A DNA stretch of 64,000 nt from Nitrospirota bacterium (GTDB taxonomy: Bacteria; Nitrospirota; UBA9217), in contig CAWIYV010000001.1 of NCBI GenBank assembly GCA_963840455.1, forward strand, positions 192,001-256,000, read 5' to 3'. Within the stretch, counting starts at the first letter, position 1, and every line of letters begins with the position of its first letter. This document shows, one piece after another, positions 28,994 through 39,424 of the stretch. The notes under the pieces were generated by a model. The model saw only the letters and a list, made by a program, of their open reading frames with translations, was not told the origin of the DNA and did not search any database. A program made the translations under genes and the position numbers.

Positions 28994-29566
28994 TCAATAG
29001 ATCCTGAGCAGGCTGAGAAGCCGGTCTTTGAACAGTTCGGCCAGGAGTTGAAGGTTCTCCCCGCGAAGAAACTGATCGGCATTGTTCGAAAACAGCACCC
29101 AGACCTCCGGAGGGAACTCCTTATCTTCCTGGGACATTTCAACATGAAGCGTAACCTTTGGGAGGGCCCGCACCGTGATCGCCAGATTGCTCCCGATCAT
29201 GCTCGGCGACAGGAACGCGTCGAAGAGCGGCAGTAGTGTATTGGACCGGCCAATGAACTCCGTGACATGCTGCGTGAGAGGAAGCTCCACCCGCTTGTGA
29301 AAGTCCTTCACGGAAAGATTGGTGAGCTCCTTCAGCGCGCGCCAGGGCAATTCAACAAATGCATTCCCGGTCGATGACAGATAATCGAGGATGACCGCCT
29401 CATGGGTATCAGGCGCCTTTTGACCGCGGAGGGTGATGCCGGTGCGGTTAATGACATATTCCTGTCCGAGCATGGCGAGGAGAAGCGCGTCATCTGCGTC
29501 GTTGTACAGGGCACTGATGCGTTCAGCGAGTGCGGGAAATGGGATATGCTCCAGCGCCTTCTTCAT
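28994..29566 (-). CDS. DUF3786-like protein
   Basis: ILDYL...ALPKV...DKEFPP...LF pattern. Confidence 0.65.
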   Translation of the reverse strand: MKKALEHIPFPALAERISALYNDADDALLLAMLGQEYVINRTGITLRGQKAPDTHEAVILDYLSSTGNAFVELPWRALKELTNLSVKDFHKRVELPLTQHVTEFIGRSNTLLPLFDAFLSPSMIGSNLAITVRALPKVTLHVEMSQEDKEFPPEVWVLFSNNADQFLRGENLQLLAELFKDRLLSLLRIY

Positions 29567-29603
29567 CGTCGTGGGCCCGATGCAGGTGCATCGGCGCGGT
29601 GCT

Positions 29604-30089
29604 TCACTTCCCCTGTTTCATTTGATCGATGACTTCCCGGAGCAACTCTTCCATATTGATCTGGAGCGGAATGACCTCGGCGGGCATGCGCTCTTCGAAG
29701 TGATAGGACCCCTCGGTCATCAGGAACAGATGATGGATGATCCTCCGCACCTGAAGTTTCAGCCCGTTGAAGAGGTCCTTGGGCGTGACAAAGCCGTTCT
29801 CCACAAAGATCGCGCCGATCTTCTTAAGCCCGGCGCTCTTCTGGTGAAGGGAGAGCGCCCGCTCAAGCTGGCTCCTGGTGATCTTCCCGGCAGCGACCAT
29901 GACCTCACCCAGGCGGTCCCTTTCATCCTTCGAGGTGGCGAAGATGATCTGACCATTTTTCACATGGATGGACCGCTCGGCATTGCCGGTCCCACAGGTC
30001 AGCGTTCCCGTCGCCTTCTGCTGGTGCAGGACCGCAAGAACGTCGGAGAATGGTGTTTCGATCAGGTTGCCGGAGAGTGATAGCGCCAT
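29604..30089 (-). CDS. DUF4388 (PATAN-like) domain protein
   Basis: SGNL..TPFSDVL...TGTL...GQIIFA..RLGEVMV..G.IT. Confidence 0.75.
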   Translation of the reverse strand: MALSLSGNLIETPFSDVLAVLHQQKATGTLTCGTGNAERSIHVKNGQIIFATSKDERDRLGEVMVAAGKITRSQLERALSLHQKSAGLKKIGAIFVENGFVTPKDLFNGLKLQVRRIIHHLFLMTEGSYHFEERMPAEVIPLQINMEELLREVIDQMKQGK

Positions 30090-30188
30090 AGGATCCATTG
30101 ACGAGAGCGATGCCCCGTGACGAGCGGTCACTCCCGAGCATGCAGGGGAGGACCAGATACAAGGGATGTCAGAACTAACGGGAGAAGA

Positions 30189-30836
30189 TCAATATTCGAA
30201 CCGTATGCCGATCCCTCCCAGTGTATGGTTGCCGGTCTTCAGCTCGGCGTAGAACATGGTCTTCTGCGCTACTCTCCACTCCACGCCGCCGAACACATAA
30301 TAGTCCGTCTCGTTCTTCGGGAGATAGGACCCATAGAGAGCCGACAGCTGGAGTCCACCATACGGCGTGATCTTATAACCCCGTTCGGTGAGCGGGTACG
30401 ATCTGCTGAAGATCGTAGAGAACGTGACCTCGCTGATGTTCTTGCCGCTGATGACGTTGGTATTGAATCCCAGGTCGACGGCCATGTCCACGGGGACCCC
30501 CTCGGTCTGTTTGACGAGCTGGTACTTGATGTCAGCGCCTCCCATGACCGCTACTTTGTTATCCGATCCAACATCAGCGGTCGTGGCGCCGAACATGACG
30601 CCAACCTCCGCGAGAGCGCCAAGGCCGATGCGGAACGCGGGATAGAAGCTCCGGTAACTCTCTCCGAGCGTGAAATGCACCCCTGCCTGTGTAAGCCCTG
30701 CATCGAGGCTCTCGGCGGTCGTGAACACGTTCTGGGTCAGCGTCTCGATGCTGTCAGCCCGCGCCATGCCGGCTGCCAGCACGAGCAGAACGAACGACCC
30801 CAGCGTAATGATACGCAGCATACGCCCTTCCTTCAT
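30189..30836 (-). CDS. Putative outer-membrane beta-barrel protein
   Basis: Signal peptide (ARA|D); amphipathic strands; aromatic C-terminus GIGIRFEY. Confidence 0.6.
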   Translation of the reverse strand: MKEGRMLRIITLGSFVLLVLAAGMARADSIETLTQNVFTTAESLDAGLTQAGVHFTLGESYRSFYPAFRIGLGALAEVGVMFGATTADVGSDNKVAVMGGADIKYQLVKQTEGVPVDMAVDLGFNTNVISGKNISEVTFSTIFSRSYPLTERGYKITPYGGLQLSALYGSYLPKNETDYYVFGGVEWRVAQKTMFYAELKTGNHTLGGIGIRFEY

Positions 30837-31017
30837 TATCACCTCACAATACTTTTTTGCGACTGGAACTATAGCATGGACCACAATGATTGACAAGAGA
30901 AAAGATGGCGGGCTGCACAGTGTTGGCATACCATTGAAGCAATGCAAGGGGGACAGGTGTTCGCAGTGCAGCATGGGGGGCTGCGGACAGGGAAGACCCT
31001 CCGCGTGAGACGTCCGC

Positions 31018-31554
31018 TCATCCGCCCTTGTCGAGCTCGATGTTCCAGTAGAGATAATCGCGCCAGCTCATGGGCGCGTTCCTGATGCCAAGACGGAGCG
31101 TGACGACGGGCATCCATTTCGGCTTGGCGGGATGCCGGATCAGACGCATCCTGGCCTCCTGCGGGGTCCTCCCCCCCTTTCGGTTGTTGCAGTTAAGACA
31201 GGCGGTAACGATGTTCTCCCACGTTGCCTGTCCTCCCTGTACTTGCGGGACAACGTGATCGAAGGTCAGGTCTTCGGCGGGGTGCCGGCTGCCGCAGTAC
31301 TGGCAGGTATATTTGTCCCGCTGGTAGATGTTGGCGCGGGAGAAACGGACCTCCCGGCTCGCACGCTTGATCTTGACCAGTTTGAGGAGACGGAGGATGG
31401 AGGGAAGCCGAAAGGTCACTGAAACGCCTCTCACTTCGCGGTCGTAAAAGTCAATGACCTCTACTTTGCCCTGCGTGAGGAGGGTGATGGCCCGCTGCCA
31501 GGAGATGATCTTGAGCGGTTCGAACGTTGAGTTCAGGAGAAGTGTCCGTTCCAT
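31018..31554 (-). CDS. HNH endonuclease (McrA/HNH_5-like)
   Basis: CQYCG, TFDHVVP, WENIVTAC..CN.RKG. Confidence 0.9.
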   Translation of the reverse strand: MERTLLLNSTFEPLKIISWQRAITLLTQGKVEVIDFYDREVRGVSVTFRLPSILRLLKLVKIKRASREVRFSRANIYQRDKYTCQYCGSRHPAEDLTFDHVVPQVQGGQATWENIVTACLNCNNRKGGRTPQEARMRLIRHPAKPKWMPVVTLRLGIRNAPMSWRDYLYWNIELDKGG

Positions 31555-31672
31555 GACAACTCTGCCCTCCCTGAACGACCGGGGGTACGTATCGGGCCGG
31601 GGTTGAACCGGTCCGGGAAAACAGACAGGAAAGCCTTCAATTCAGGCATAAAAATACCGAAAAAGACCGAGT

Positions 31673-31701
31673 TTGTCAATAGGGTTCGCTCACGGTATAA
31701 T
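31673..31701 (+). promoter_or_regulatory. Sigma70 promoter; leaderless
   Basis: TTGTCA-17-TATAAT; ATG 6 nt downstream. Confidence 0.6.
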
Positions 31702-31707
31702 AAGTCC

Positions 31708-32637
31708 ATGCTCGAGCCCGAAGGCAAAAGGATCGAATTGGCCGCATCGGCACAGGAGAACGATCTTACGCCCCTGGTCCATGACCCTTCCCCGAAGGTC
31801 ATCATGGCGATGCTCGGCAATCGGAACGTCACCGAAGAGCACGTCCTGGTCCTTGCGAACCGGAAGAACCTTCCTCCGGAGGTCCTAAACGCGATCTTCA
31901 GGGACAAACGGTGGAGCGAGAGCTATCCCGTGCGGCTGGCCCTGGCGAAGAACCCGAAAACACCGCTCTTCACGGCGCTCTCCATCGCCCGGTTCCTCCG
32001 CCTCTTCGACATCGCGGAGCTTGCCCGGAACCACTTCATCCCGGTCATCTTTCGCAGAAAGCTGGAAGCAATCGTTATTGAAAAGATCCCCTCCCTCGCG
32101 CTGGGCGTTAAAAAAACCCTGGCCAGGGTCGCCGGGGGGGAGATCCTGCTCGCATTGATCAAGGACGGATACCCGGACGTGGTGAAGAACTGTCTGGAGA
32201 ACCCCCATCTCGTGGAAGCCCACCTCTACAAGATCATCAGCCACAAGACGACCACCCCCGGGACCATCCGGACCATCGCCGAGGACCGGAACTGGTCCTG
32301 CCGCTACCATGTCAAGTTCGCCCTGATCCGCAACGCACACACACCCCTTGCCCGGACCGTCCTGTTCCTGCCGGACCTCAAGCTCCTCGACCTGAAAGAG
32401 CTTTACCGGGACCCATTGCTGCCGCATGAGGTGCGGCCCTTCATCCACCGCGAGCTGGTGGAACGCGGTGAGGACCCCGAGCACCTCGGTCGGGATGAAG
32501 CTGAGCGCATCTTCGAGATTGAGGAGAGCGACCTCGCGGACATTGAGAGGGAAATGCAGCAGTATGAGAACGGTGAAGCCCGGTCCGAGGGGCCGGTGCG
32601 TCCGGCTGGCGACAAGGAAGGGCCTGAGGGACCTTGA
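31708..32637 (+). CDS. Conserved hypothetical helical-repeat (LRV/HEAT-like) protein
   Basis: Duplicated W...Y.V..AL..N..TP motif. Confidence 0.7.
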   Translation: MLEPEGKRIELAASAQENDLTPLVHDPSPKVIMAMLGNRNVTEEHVLVLANRKNLPPEVLNAIFRDKRWSESYPVRLALAKNPKTPLFTALSIARFLRLFDIAELARNHFIPVIFRRKLEAIVIEKIPSLALGVKKTLARVAGGEILLALIKDGYPDVVKNCLENPHLVEAHLYKIISHKTTTPGTIRTIAEDRNWSCRYHVKFALIRNAHTPLARTVLFLPDLKLLDLKELYRDPLLPHEVRPFIHRELVERGEDPEHLGRDEAERIFEIEESDLADIEREMQQYENGEARSEGPVRPAGDKEGPEGP

Positions 32638-32672
32638 CCACGCCTGCCCGGGACCGATGGCCGCAGGCCAGG

Positions 32673-33794
32673 TCATTGTCGGAGAAGCCTGAGAAGCCAC
32701 CCCTGCCCCACCGTTATGGCGCCCTGGGGGCAGAACTCCTGGCAGCAGAAACAGCGTATACACCTCCGGTAATCAATGCGAAGCTTCCCGCCACCGGCGA
32801 TCGCCTGCTGGGGACAGTCGTTCTGACATATCCCGCATTGAACGCAATTATGATGATCGATGACCGGCCGCGTCGTCAGCGCGTCCTTGAACCCCCTGCG
32901 CGCCCACTCCGGGAGCCGCCACTCGGTGTGCTCCCGCGGAGGAAGCTTGAAGTTCGGGACCACAACGCCTGACAGGTCCTCCCCGAGGACCTGGATATTC
33001 TCCTGGCTCGACGTTCCGATCCCGGCCTTCGAAGCCGCCCTGATCACGGGAAGGTCATCCGGGGAGAGTCCAATGACCAACCCTGATACTACATCGAGGG
33101 CAACGGGGTCCTGACCCGCAAGGACAACGCCAATCCTGCGCGGGTCGCCGCTTCCCGGCCCGTTCCCTTCCATTCCCACAACGGCATCCATGACCGTGAG
33201 CCGGGGTTTGAGCAGGGACGATAGATCGACCAGCATGAGGGTGAACGAATCGTGGTCCACACCGGTGTTGAAGTGCCATTGCACTTTTCTTTTTCCCGGC
33301 ACACATCCGAAGAGGTTCTTGACCGCTCCGGTAAGGACCGTCATACCATGGGTCTTCAGCTTAGGGAGATTGATGATCGCATCTGCTTCGATGGCCGCGC
33401 GGGCGATCTCGAAGCGCTGGAATCTGCCCCGCCCTTTGACGGAAACCGCTTCGTCGAACTCGGCGAGGGCCGCACCCTCCTGTTCGATGACAGCAAGGAT
33501 GCCGGACCTCTCGGCGACCGCGCGAAGATCACCGATGCCGGGGCTGTCTCCCACAAGAGCCAGCGCCCCTGCCTGATGGACAAGCCGTATCACCGCCCGT
33601 ACGATCTCGGGGTGTGTCGTGACCGCGTCTGAGGGAGGCCGGCCCTTCAGAAGATTGGGCTTGATCAGCACCCGTTCGCCAGACCTGATGAACGATCCCA
33701 TCCCGCCCAGCAGATCAACCGAGCGTCTGACCGCGACTTGGACCTTGTCCTGATCATAATCGTCGCACCTGACCAGAGATACCTGTGTCCTCAT
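32673..33794 (-). CDS. DUF362 protein with C-terminal 2[4Fe-4S] ferredoxin
   Basis: IKPNLL, TTHP, PKLKTH, KNLFGC; CxxCxxCxxxCP twice. Confidence 0.88.
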   Translation of the reverse strand: MRTQVSLVRCDDYDQDKVQVAVRRSVDLLGGMGSFIRSGERVLIKPNLLKGRPPSDAVTTHPEIVRAVIRLVHQAGALALVGDSPGIGDLRAVAERSGILAVIEQEGAALAEFDEAVSVKGRGRFQRFEIARAAIEADAIINLPKLKTHGMTVLTGAVKNLFGCVPGKRKVQWHFNTGVDHDSFTLMLVDLSSLLKPRLTVMDAVVGMEGNGPGSGDPRRIGVVLAGQDPVALDVVSGLVIGLSPDDLPVIRAASKAGIGTSSQENIQVLGEDLSGVVVPNFKLPPREHTEWRLPEWARRGFKDALTTRPVIDHHNCVQCGICQNDCPQQAIAGGGKLRIDYRRCIRCFCCQEFCPQGAITVGQGWLLRLLRQ

Positions 33795-33832
33795 CGGAGA
33801 TCCTCTCCTCTGATGGTCCTTTCCGTTTTGCA

Positions 33833-34618
33833 TTACGAACCGCGCTGGACCGCGCGGATCACATCCAGCATCTGATCATGGATCATGCCATTGCTGGCTA
33901 TGATCTCCTTATCATGGATGCTGAAGCGGGTGCCGGAAAAGTCCGAGACCTTCCCTCCAGCCTCCTGTACGATAAGGCTGCCTGCCGCCACATCCCAGGG
34001 ATGGAGCTTCAGTTCCCAGTAGCCATCCAGCCGTCCTGCGGCAAGGTTGCACAGATCGAGCGATGCGGCCCCGCTGCGGCGCACCTCCTGGGACACCATG
34101 ATGAGGGCATTGAAGAAGTTGAGGTTATTCTCTCTGCTCAGGACCCGGTCATAGGGAAAGCCTGTTGCGAGCAGGCTCCTGATAAGGACATCGTTCCGCG
34201 ATACGGCGATTGGCCGGCTGTTGAGAAAAGAACCTGCCCCTTTGACGGCGGAGAACAGCTCGTCCCGCATGGGGTCGTAGACAATGCCCAGCAAGATTTC
34301 TCCATTGCGTTCAAGTCCTATGGAGACCGAAAAGCTCGGATAGCCGTGCGCGTAGTTCGTCGTTCCGTCAAGCGGATCGATAACCCAAAGGAAACCGGAG
34401 TTGCTCTCCACCCTGGACCCTTCTTCTGCGAGGATTCCGTGTCCGGGAAATGCCTTGAGGATCGTCGCGACAACGGTCTTTTCCGAGAGCCGGTCCATCT
34501 CCGTGACCATGTTGATCTCGCCCTTGTAGGAGATGTCACGGGTTCCGTTCACGTTGTCCTTCAATATCCTGCCTGCTCTAAGAGCGGCAGCTTTTGCGAC
34601 CTCAAGGTACGTCCGCAT
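33833..34618 (-). CDS. suhB: Inositol monophosphatase
   Basis: WVIDPLDGTTNY; WDVAAG. Confidence 0.9.
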   Translation of the reverse strand: MRTYLEVAKAAALRAGRILKDNVNGTRDISYKGEINMVTEMDRLSEKTVVATILKAFPGHGILAEEGSRVESNSGFLWVIDPLDGTTNYAHGYPSFSVSIGLERNGEILLGIVYDPMRDELFSAVKGAGSFLNSRPIAVSRNDVLIRSLLATGFPYDRVLSRENNLNFFNALIMVSQEVRRSGAASLDLCNLAAGRLDGYWELKLHPWDVAAGSLIVQEAGGKVSDFSGTRFSIHDKEIIASNGMIHDQMLDVIRAVQRGS

Positions 34619-34725
34619 GCATCCTCCCTACCGTTCGGGCTCATTTTACCACGTTCCGTCCCTTTTCCATGAGCCCTTTCTCCGCTGATACCGCTACGTC
34701 TGCCGGAGAAAATTGCCTTTCAAAC

Positions 34726-34754
34726 AAAAAGAGCAGGGCATAAATGCCCTGCTC
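34726..34754 (-). terminator. Intrinsic terminator
   Basis: GAGCAGGGCA/TGCCCTGCTC stem followed by T-run on - strand. Confidence 0.75.
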
Positions 34755-34815
34755 ACTATCGTTGATAAAGCGTTTAACGATTATGCTGATGAAGCCCTTA
34801 GTTGGACCGTAGAGG

Positions 34816-35004
34816 TTACTGGACGACCCTATTCATCTCAACACCAAGGTAGTCTGCGAGAAGCTTCACGGTCCTCGGCTTCATCGTGATCCCTTTGAGT
34901 GTCCTCGAAACGGTCACCTTGTGGATGCCGAGCTTATCGGCAATCTCCGTGTAGCTCAAACCCTTTTCCAACCGCTTTTTTTCCAAGACTTCGATGTTAT
35001 ACAT
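34816..35004 (-). CDS. Small XRE/Cro-type HTH protein
   Basis: 62 aa; GLSYTEIADKLGIHKVTVSR; GAGGTGG RBS. Confidence 0.8.
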   Translation of the reverse strand: MYNIEVLEKKRLEKGLSYTEIADKLGIHKVTVSRTLKGITMKPRTVKLLADYLGVEMNRVVQ

Positions 35005-35226
35005 TAGGCCACCTCGCTTTCAAGAAGCATTGCGCCATAAAATCCTGAAATGCAATAATCTATAATTACGGTTATTATTATAGCACAGGAACTTGCAAGA
35101 ACAAGCATAAACAAAGATATATTTTGCAACTTTTTGACATCATGTTTTGATAAATAAAACCGATACTATCCTTAATTTAACAATACTGTTACGATACTTC
35201 ACATCTTGAGCATTTATGAATGTCTG

Positions 35227-36063
35227 CTATTTGGCGCTCCATCGATGGGGCCGATGACAGGTTATGCAATTTTTTCCCGTGTGATGCACATTCCTGGCGT
35301 TCAGGACCTCCTGTGTATGGCACCGCAGGCAGTCTCCGTCTACAGGTTTGATGCGGGTATGCGGTTTATGGCATTCGTAACAATTGAGCCGAGCCATGGG
35401 GACCTTAGGCGGGAATGAGGTCCGGGATGAAGAACGGTGGCAACTCAGACATCGCTCGCGGTCAGGAATGAACCCGCCGGGCTTTTTCGGTGAAAAGGGA
35501 TGACACATCATGCAGGACGCATCTTCCATCCCCATTCCGTGGATCTTCCAGTCCTTATGGCATCGCAGACACGCGTCCTTCTCAGGGCGGAATGAATGAA
35601 CCGTTCGCTGGTGGCAGTCTTTGCAGGCAAGTTTCTCGACATTGATGTGACGGGCATGTCCCGTTGACTTGTTCACTGAGATGGCACCTTGTGCGACGTT
35701 GTCCCAATGGCACTTCACGCAGGTCTTCCAGGGGGTAGCTTCGCCGTGAGGCTCGGGAGTCTTCCTGTCGGTGGTGAAGACGAACTTGACCAGCAGCCGG
35801 TTCTGCTCAATGATGCCAAGCTGGTGGCACTCCTGGCAGACGATATTACGGTGCCCGGACAGTTTCCAGGCGGTGTACGCCTCTTCCATCAGGTGGCAGC
35901 TGCTGCAGAATTCAGGATTCTTCTGGATATACGTATAATAACGGATAGCGAGGACAATGCCGAGGATGCAGATAATGAGCAGGATCGAGACCAGAATGGT
36001 CTTTTCGCGGGGACTGAGCCCGCGATCGAGCTTATCGAACAGGTTTTCGAGGAATTTGATCAT
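35227..36063 (-). CDS. Membrane-anchored decaheme cytochrome c, NapC/NirT-like N-terminus
   Basis: One TM helix; PEFCSSCH.M; 10 CxxCH motifs. Confidence 0.85.
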   Translation of the reverse strand: MIKFLENLFDKLDRGLSPREKTILVSILLIICILGIVLAIRYYTYIQKNPEFCSSCHLMEEAYTAWKLSGHRNIVCQECHQLGIIEQNRLLVKFVFTTDRKTPEPHGEATPWKTCVKCHWDNVAQGAISVNKSTGHARHINVEKLACKDCHQRTVHSFRPEKDACLRCHKDWKIHGMGMEDASCMMCHPFSPKKPGGFIPDRERCLSCHRSSSRTSFPPKVPMARLNCYECHKPHTRIKPVDGDCLRCHTQEVLNARNVHHTGKNCITCHRPHRWSAK

Positions 36064-36105
36064 CCTGAATGAACAATATAAACGAAGGCGACTACCTGCC
36101 GGGTA

Positions 36106-37119
36106 CTACTTGATCAGGTGCTCAGCGATCTGCACTGCGTTCAGCGCGGCGCCTTTCCTGAGATTGTCTGATACGATCCAGATGTTCAGACCGTTCGGAA
36201 CGGTCTCATCCTCCCGTATCCTCCCTACATATACTTCATCCTTCCCGGAAACATCCAGCTGGAGAGGATAGAGGTTACGGGACGGGTCATCGTACACGAT
36301 GACCCCGGGGAACTTGGAGAGCACTGCCCTGGCCTCGTTCGCACCAAGCTTTGTGCCGGTCTCGATATTGACGGACTCCGCATGGCATCGGAACACGGGA
36401 ACGCGGACCGTGGTGGCGGTCAGCCGGATGGCGTCGTCCTCCATGATCTTCCGTGTCTCATTCACCATCTTCATCTCTTCCCTGGTGTAACCGTTCTCGA
36501 GGAATCCGTCGATGTGCGGCAGGCAGTTGAATGCTATCTGGTGCGGATAGACCTTCGTCTCGATATCCTTGAAGTTAAGGAGCGCCACGGTCTGGCTCGC
36601 GAGCTCGTCAATGGCCTCTTTCCCCGTTCCCGATACGGACTGGAACGTCGTGACCACGACCCGCTTGACCTTCGCCGCATCGTGGATCGGCTTGAGCGCC
36701 ATGAGGAGGCCGATGGTCGAACAGTTCGGGTTTGCAATGATGCCGGCATGCTTCTCCAGGGAATGGGCATTGATCTCGGGGACCACCAGCGGCACCTGCG
36801 GATCCATCCGGAATGCGCTGGAATTGTCGATCACCACTGCACCTGCTGCAACGGCAACAGGAGCGAACTTGAGACTACGCTCGCTCCCTGCTGAGAACAA
36901 GGCGATATCCACGCCTTTGAAAGAATCTTTCGCGAGCTTCCTGGAGGGAAGGTTCTTGCCGCGGAACTCGATCCGCTCACCTTCCGAACGTTCCGATGCG
37001 AGCAGGACCATTTCGGATATCGGGAAGTTCCGTTCGTCGAGGATGGACACCATCTCCCGACCTACGGCCCCGGTCGCTCCGACAACGGCAACGACATATT
37101 TGCTTTTTTTCTCGAGCAT
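36106..37119 (-). CDS. asd: Aspartate-semialdehyde dehydrogenase (type B/Usg-like)
   Basis: GATGAVG; NPNCST; DNLRKGAALNAVQI. Confidence 0.9.
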   Translation of the reverse strand: MLEKKSKYVVAVVGATGAVGREMVSILDERNFPISEMVLLASERSEGERIEFRGKNLPSRKLAKDSFKGVDIALFSAGSERSLKFAPVAVAAGAVVIDNSSAFRMDPQVPLVVPEINAHSLEKHAGIIANPNCSTIGLLMALKPIHDAAKVKRVVVTTFQSVSGTGKEAIDELASQTVALLNFKDIETKVYPHQIAFNCLPHIDGFLENGYTREEMKMVNETRKIMEDDAIRLTATTVRVPVFRCHAESVNIETGTKLGANEARAVLSKFPGVIVYDDPSRNLYPLQLDVSGKDEVYVGRIREDETVPNGLNIWIVSDNLRKGAALNAVQIAEHLIK

Positions 37120-37125
37120 TGAACG

Positions 37126-38238
37126 CTACGTTTCCACAACGATCCGGAGCATTCTCCGGAGAGGCTCAGCAGCACCCCACAGGAGCTGATCACCGCAGGT
37201 GAAGGCGTTCAGAAACATCGGCCCCATGTTCATCTTGCGCAAGCGTCCGATCGGCACGGTGAGAGTGCCGGTAATCGCAGCAGGGGTAAGCTCCTTAACG
37301 GTGATCTCCCGCACGTTCGGCACGACCTTCACCCACTTGTTGTGCTTCGCGATCATGTCGGTGATCTCGCTCAACGGCACATCCTTCTTCATTTTGATCG
37401 TCAGCGCCTGGCTGTGGCACCGCATGGCGCCGACGCGCACACAGGTGCCGTCGATCGGAACAGGATTGTTCTCCCGGCCCAGGATCTTGTTCGTCTCTGC
37501 CTGGCCCTTCCACTCTTCCTTGCTCTGGCCATTCTCAAGCTGTTTGTCGATCCACGGGATTACAGAACAAGCCAGCGGAACACCGAAGAACTCCTTCGGA
37601 TATGCATCGGACCGAACATGCTCGGACACCTTCCGGTCGATGTCGAGAATGGCGCCTGCGGGGTCGTCAAGCAGCGTCTTGACCGAAGCATGGGCCGACC
37701 CCATCTGCTTGAGCAATTCACGCATATTGTTCGCGCCCGCGCCGGAAGCGGCCTGGTATGTCATGGCGCTCATCCATTCGACGAGGTCCCGCTCGTACAG
37801 ACCGCCCAGCGCCATCAGCATAAGCGATACCGTGCAGTTGCCGCCGATGTAGTTCTTGATGCCTTTTGCCATGCCAGCCTTGATCACCTTCATGTTGACC
37901 GGATCAAGGATGATGATGGAATCGTTCGTCATGCGAAGCGTTGACGCCGCGTCAATCCAGTAGCCCTTCCAGCCTGCCTCACGAAGTTTGGGATACACTT
38001 CCGTCGTATAGTCGCCGCCCTGGCAGGAGATGATAGCGTCCAGCTTCTTCAGCTCGTCGATGCTCTTCGCGTCCTTGAGCGCAGGAACGTCCTTGCCGAT
38101 GCTCGGCCCCTTGCCTCCCACATTCGACGTGGTAAAGAACACCGGATCAATGAGATCGAAGTCCTTCTCTTCCTTCATTCGGCCCATGAGCACCGAGCCC
38201 ACCATACCGCGCCAACCGATAAAGCCAACTCGCATCAT
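37126..38238 (-). CDS. asd: Aspartate-semialdehyde dehydrogenase (E. coli type)
   Basis: GWRGMVGS; GNCTVS; [11 protein letters not shown]. Confidence 0.95.
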   Translation of the reverse strand: MMRVGFIGWRGMVGSVLMGRMKEEKDFDLIDPVFFTTSNVGGKGPSIGKDVPALKDAKSIDELKKLDAIISCQGGDYTTEVYPKLREAGWKGYWIDAASTLRMTNDSIIILDPVNMKVIKAGMAKGIKNYIGGNCTVSLMLMALGGLYERDLVEWMSAMTYQAASGAGANNMRELLKQMGSAHASVKTLLDDPAGAILDIDRKVSEHVRSDAYPKEFFGVPLACSVIPWIDKQLENGQSKEEWKGQAETNKILGRENNPVPIDGTCVRVGAMRCHSQALTIKMKKDVPLSEITDMIAKHNKWVKVVPNVREITVKELTPAAITGTLTVPIGRLRKMNMGPMFLNAFTCGDQLLWGAAEPLRRMLRIVVET

Positions 38239-38300
38239 TATATTGCTCCTGCTTTTTTATTTGTACACTCGGAACTATGAACTTCGACCGTTGAACTGTT

Positions 38301-39377
38301 TTATACCAGCCCCGCCACCATGTCCCCCACTTCCGTCGTGGACATACCCATCTTGCCTGCTGCCTGGCTCTTCATCTTCTTCATGGTCGCGATCATCGCA
38401 TGTTCCACTGACTGGGAGGACTTCGTTTCGCCCAATGAATCGAGCATCATCATGGCTGCGCCTATGGCTGCCATCGGGTTAATGACATTCTGGCCGGCAT
38501 ACTTTGGCGCACTGCCGCCCATGGGCTCGAACATGGACACACCTTCGGGGTTGATGTTCCCGCCGGAAGCAACGCCGAGACCTCCCTGGATCATGGCGCC
38601 CAGGTCCGTGATGATGTCGCCGAAGAGATTCTCTGTCACGGCCACGTCGAACCATTCGGGGTTCTTCACGAACCACATATTCGCGGCATCAACGTGGTTA
38701 TAGTCGCGCTTGAGCTCGGGATACTGCTTCGCGCCCATTTCTTCGAAGGCGCGGAACCAGAGGTCGCCGCAATGGGTCAGCACGTTGCGCTTGTGGATGA
38801 GCGTGATCGGCTTGGCAGCGTATTTTGGATTCTGCGCATTTCTCTTCTTCTTGAGCTCGAAGGCATACTTCAGGCATCGGTCCACGGTGCGTCGGTCATA
38901 GACCATGAGCTGCGTGGCGATCTCATCTGGCGTTCCCACACGCGTCGCACCGCCATGGCCTGTGTAGATGCCGCCGGTGTTCTCCCGGATCACGACGAAG
39001 TCGATATGCTCAGGCCCCTTGTCCTTAAGCGGCGTCTCCACGTTCGGATAGAGCTTCACCGGCCGCAGATTGATGTACTGGTCCAGGCTGAAGCGGATCT
39101 TGAGCAGGATGCCGGTCTCGAGGATGCCGGGCTTGACGTCAGGATGGCCGATGGCCCCGAGGAACAGGGAATCGAACTTCCTGAACTCGCCGATGGCGCT
39201 GTCCGGAAGGGTCTCACCGGTCTTCAAATAGCGCGCACCGCCGAAATCGAATTCCGTGAACTCGAGCTTAAAGCCACCCTTGGCGGCTGCGGCCCTCAGG
39301 ACCTTTAGTGCCTCACGGACCACCTCGGGACCGGTGCCGTCACCGGGGATCGTTGCGATATGAAAGGTTTTCGCCAT
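38301..39377 (-). CDS. leuB: 3-isopropylmalate dehydrogenase
   Basis: GDGTGPEV; NLFGDIITD; position in leu cluster. Confidence 0.9.
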   Translation of the reverse strand: MAKTFHIATIPGDGTGPEVVREALKVLRAAAAKGGFKLEFTEFDFGGARYLKTGETLPDSAIGEFRKFDSLFLGAIGHPDVKPGILETGILLKIRFSLDQYINLRPVKLYPNVETPLKDKGPEHIDFVVIRENTGGIYTGHGGATRVGTPDEIATQLMVYDRRTVDRCLKYAFELKKKRNAQNPKYAAKPITLIHKRNVLTHCGDLWFRAFEEMGAKQYPELKRDYNHVDAANMWFVKNPEWFDVAVTENLFGDIITDLGAMIQGGLGVASGGNINPEGVSMFEPMGGSAPKYAGQNVINPMAAIGAAMMMLDSLGETKSSQSVEHAMIATMKKMKSQAAGKMGMSTTEVGDMVAGLV

Positions 39378-39424
39378 GGTCGATGCTTCCTCTCAAATAG
39401 GGAGATCATAGAGCACGTGCATGC

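Noticed and set aside
31018-31554. HNH gene as a homing, defence or IscB-like nuclease linked to the repeats
   Set aside because: Short stand-alone HNH_5-type protein with no RuvC motifs and no flanking hairpin ends or methylase.
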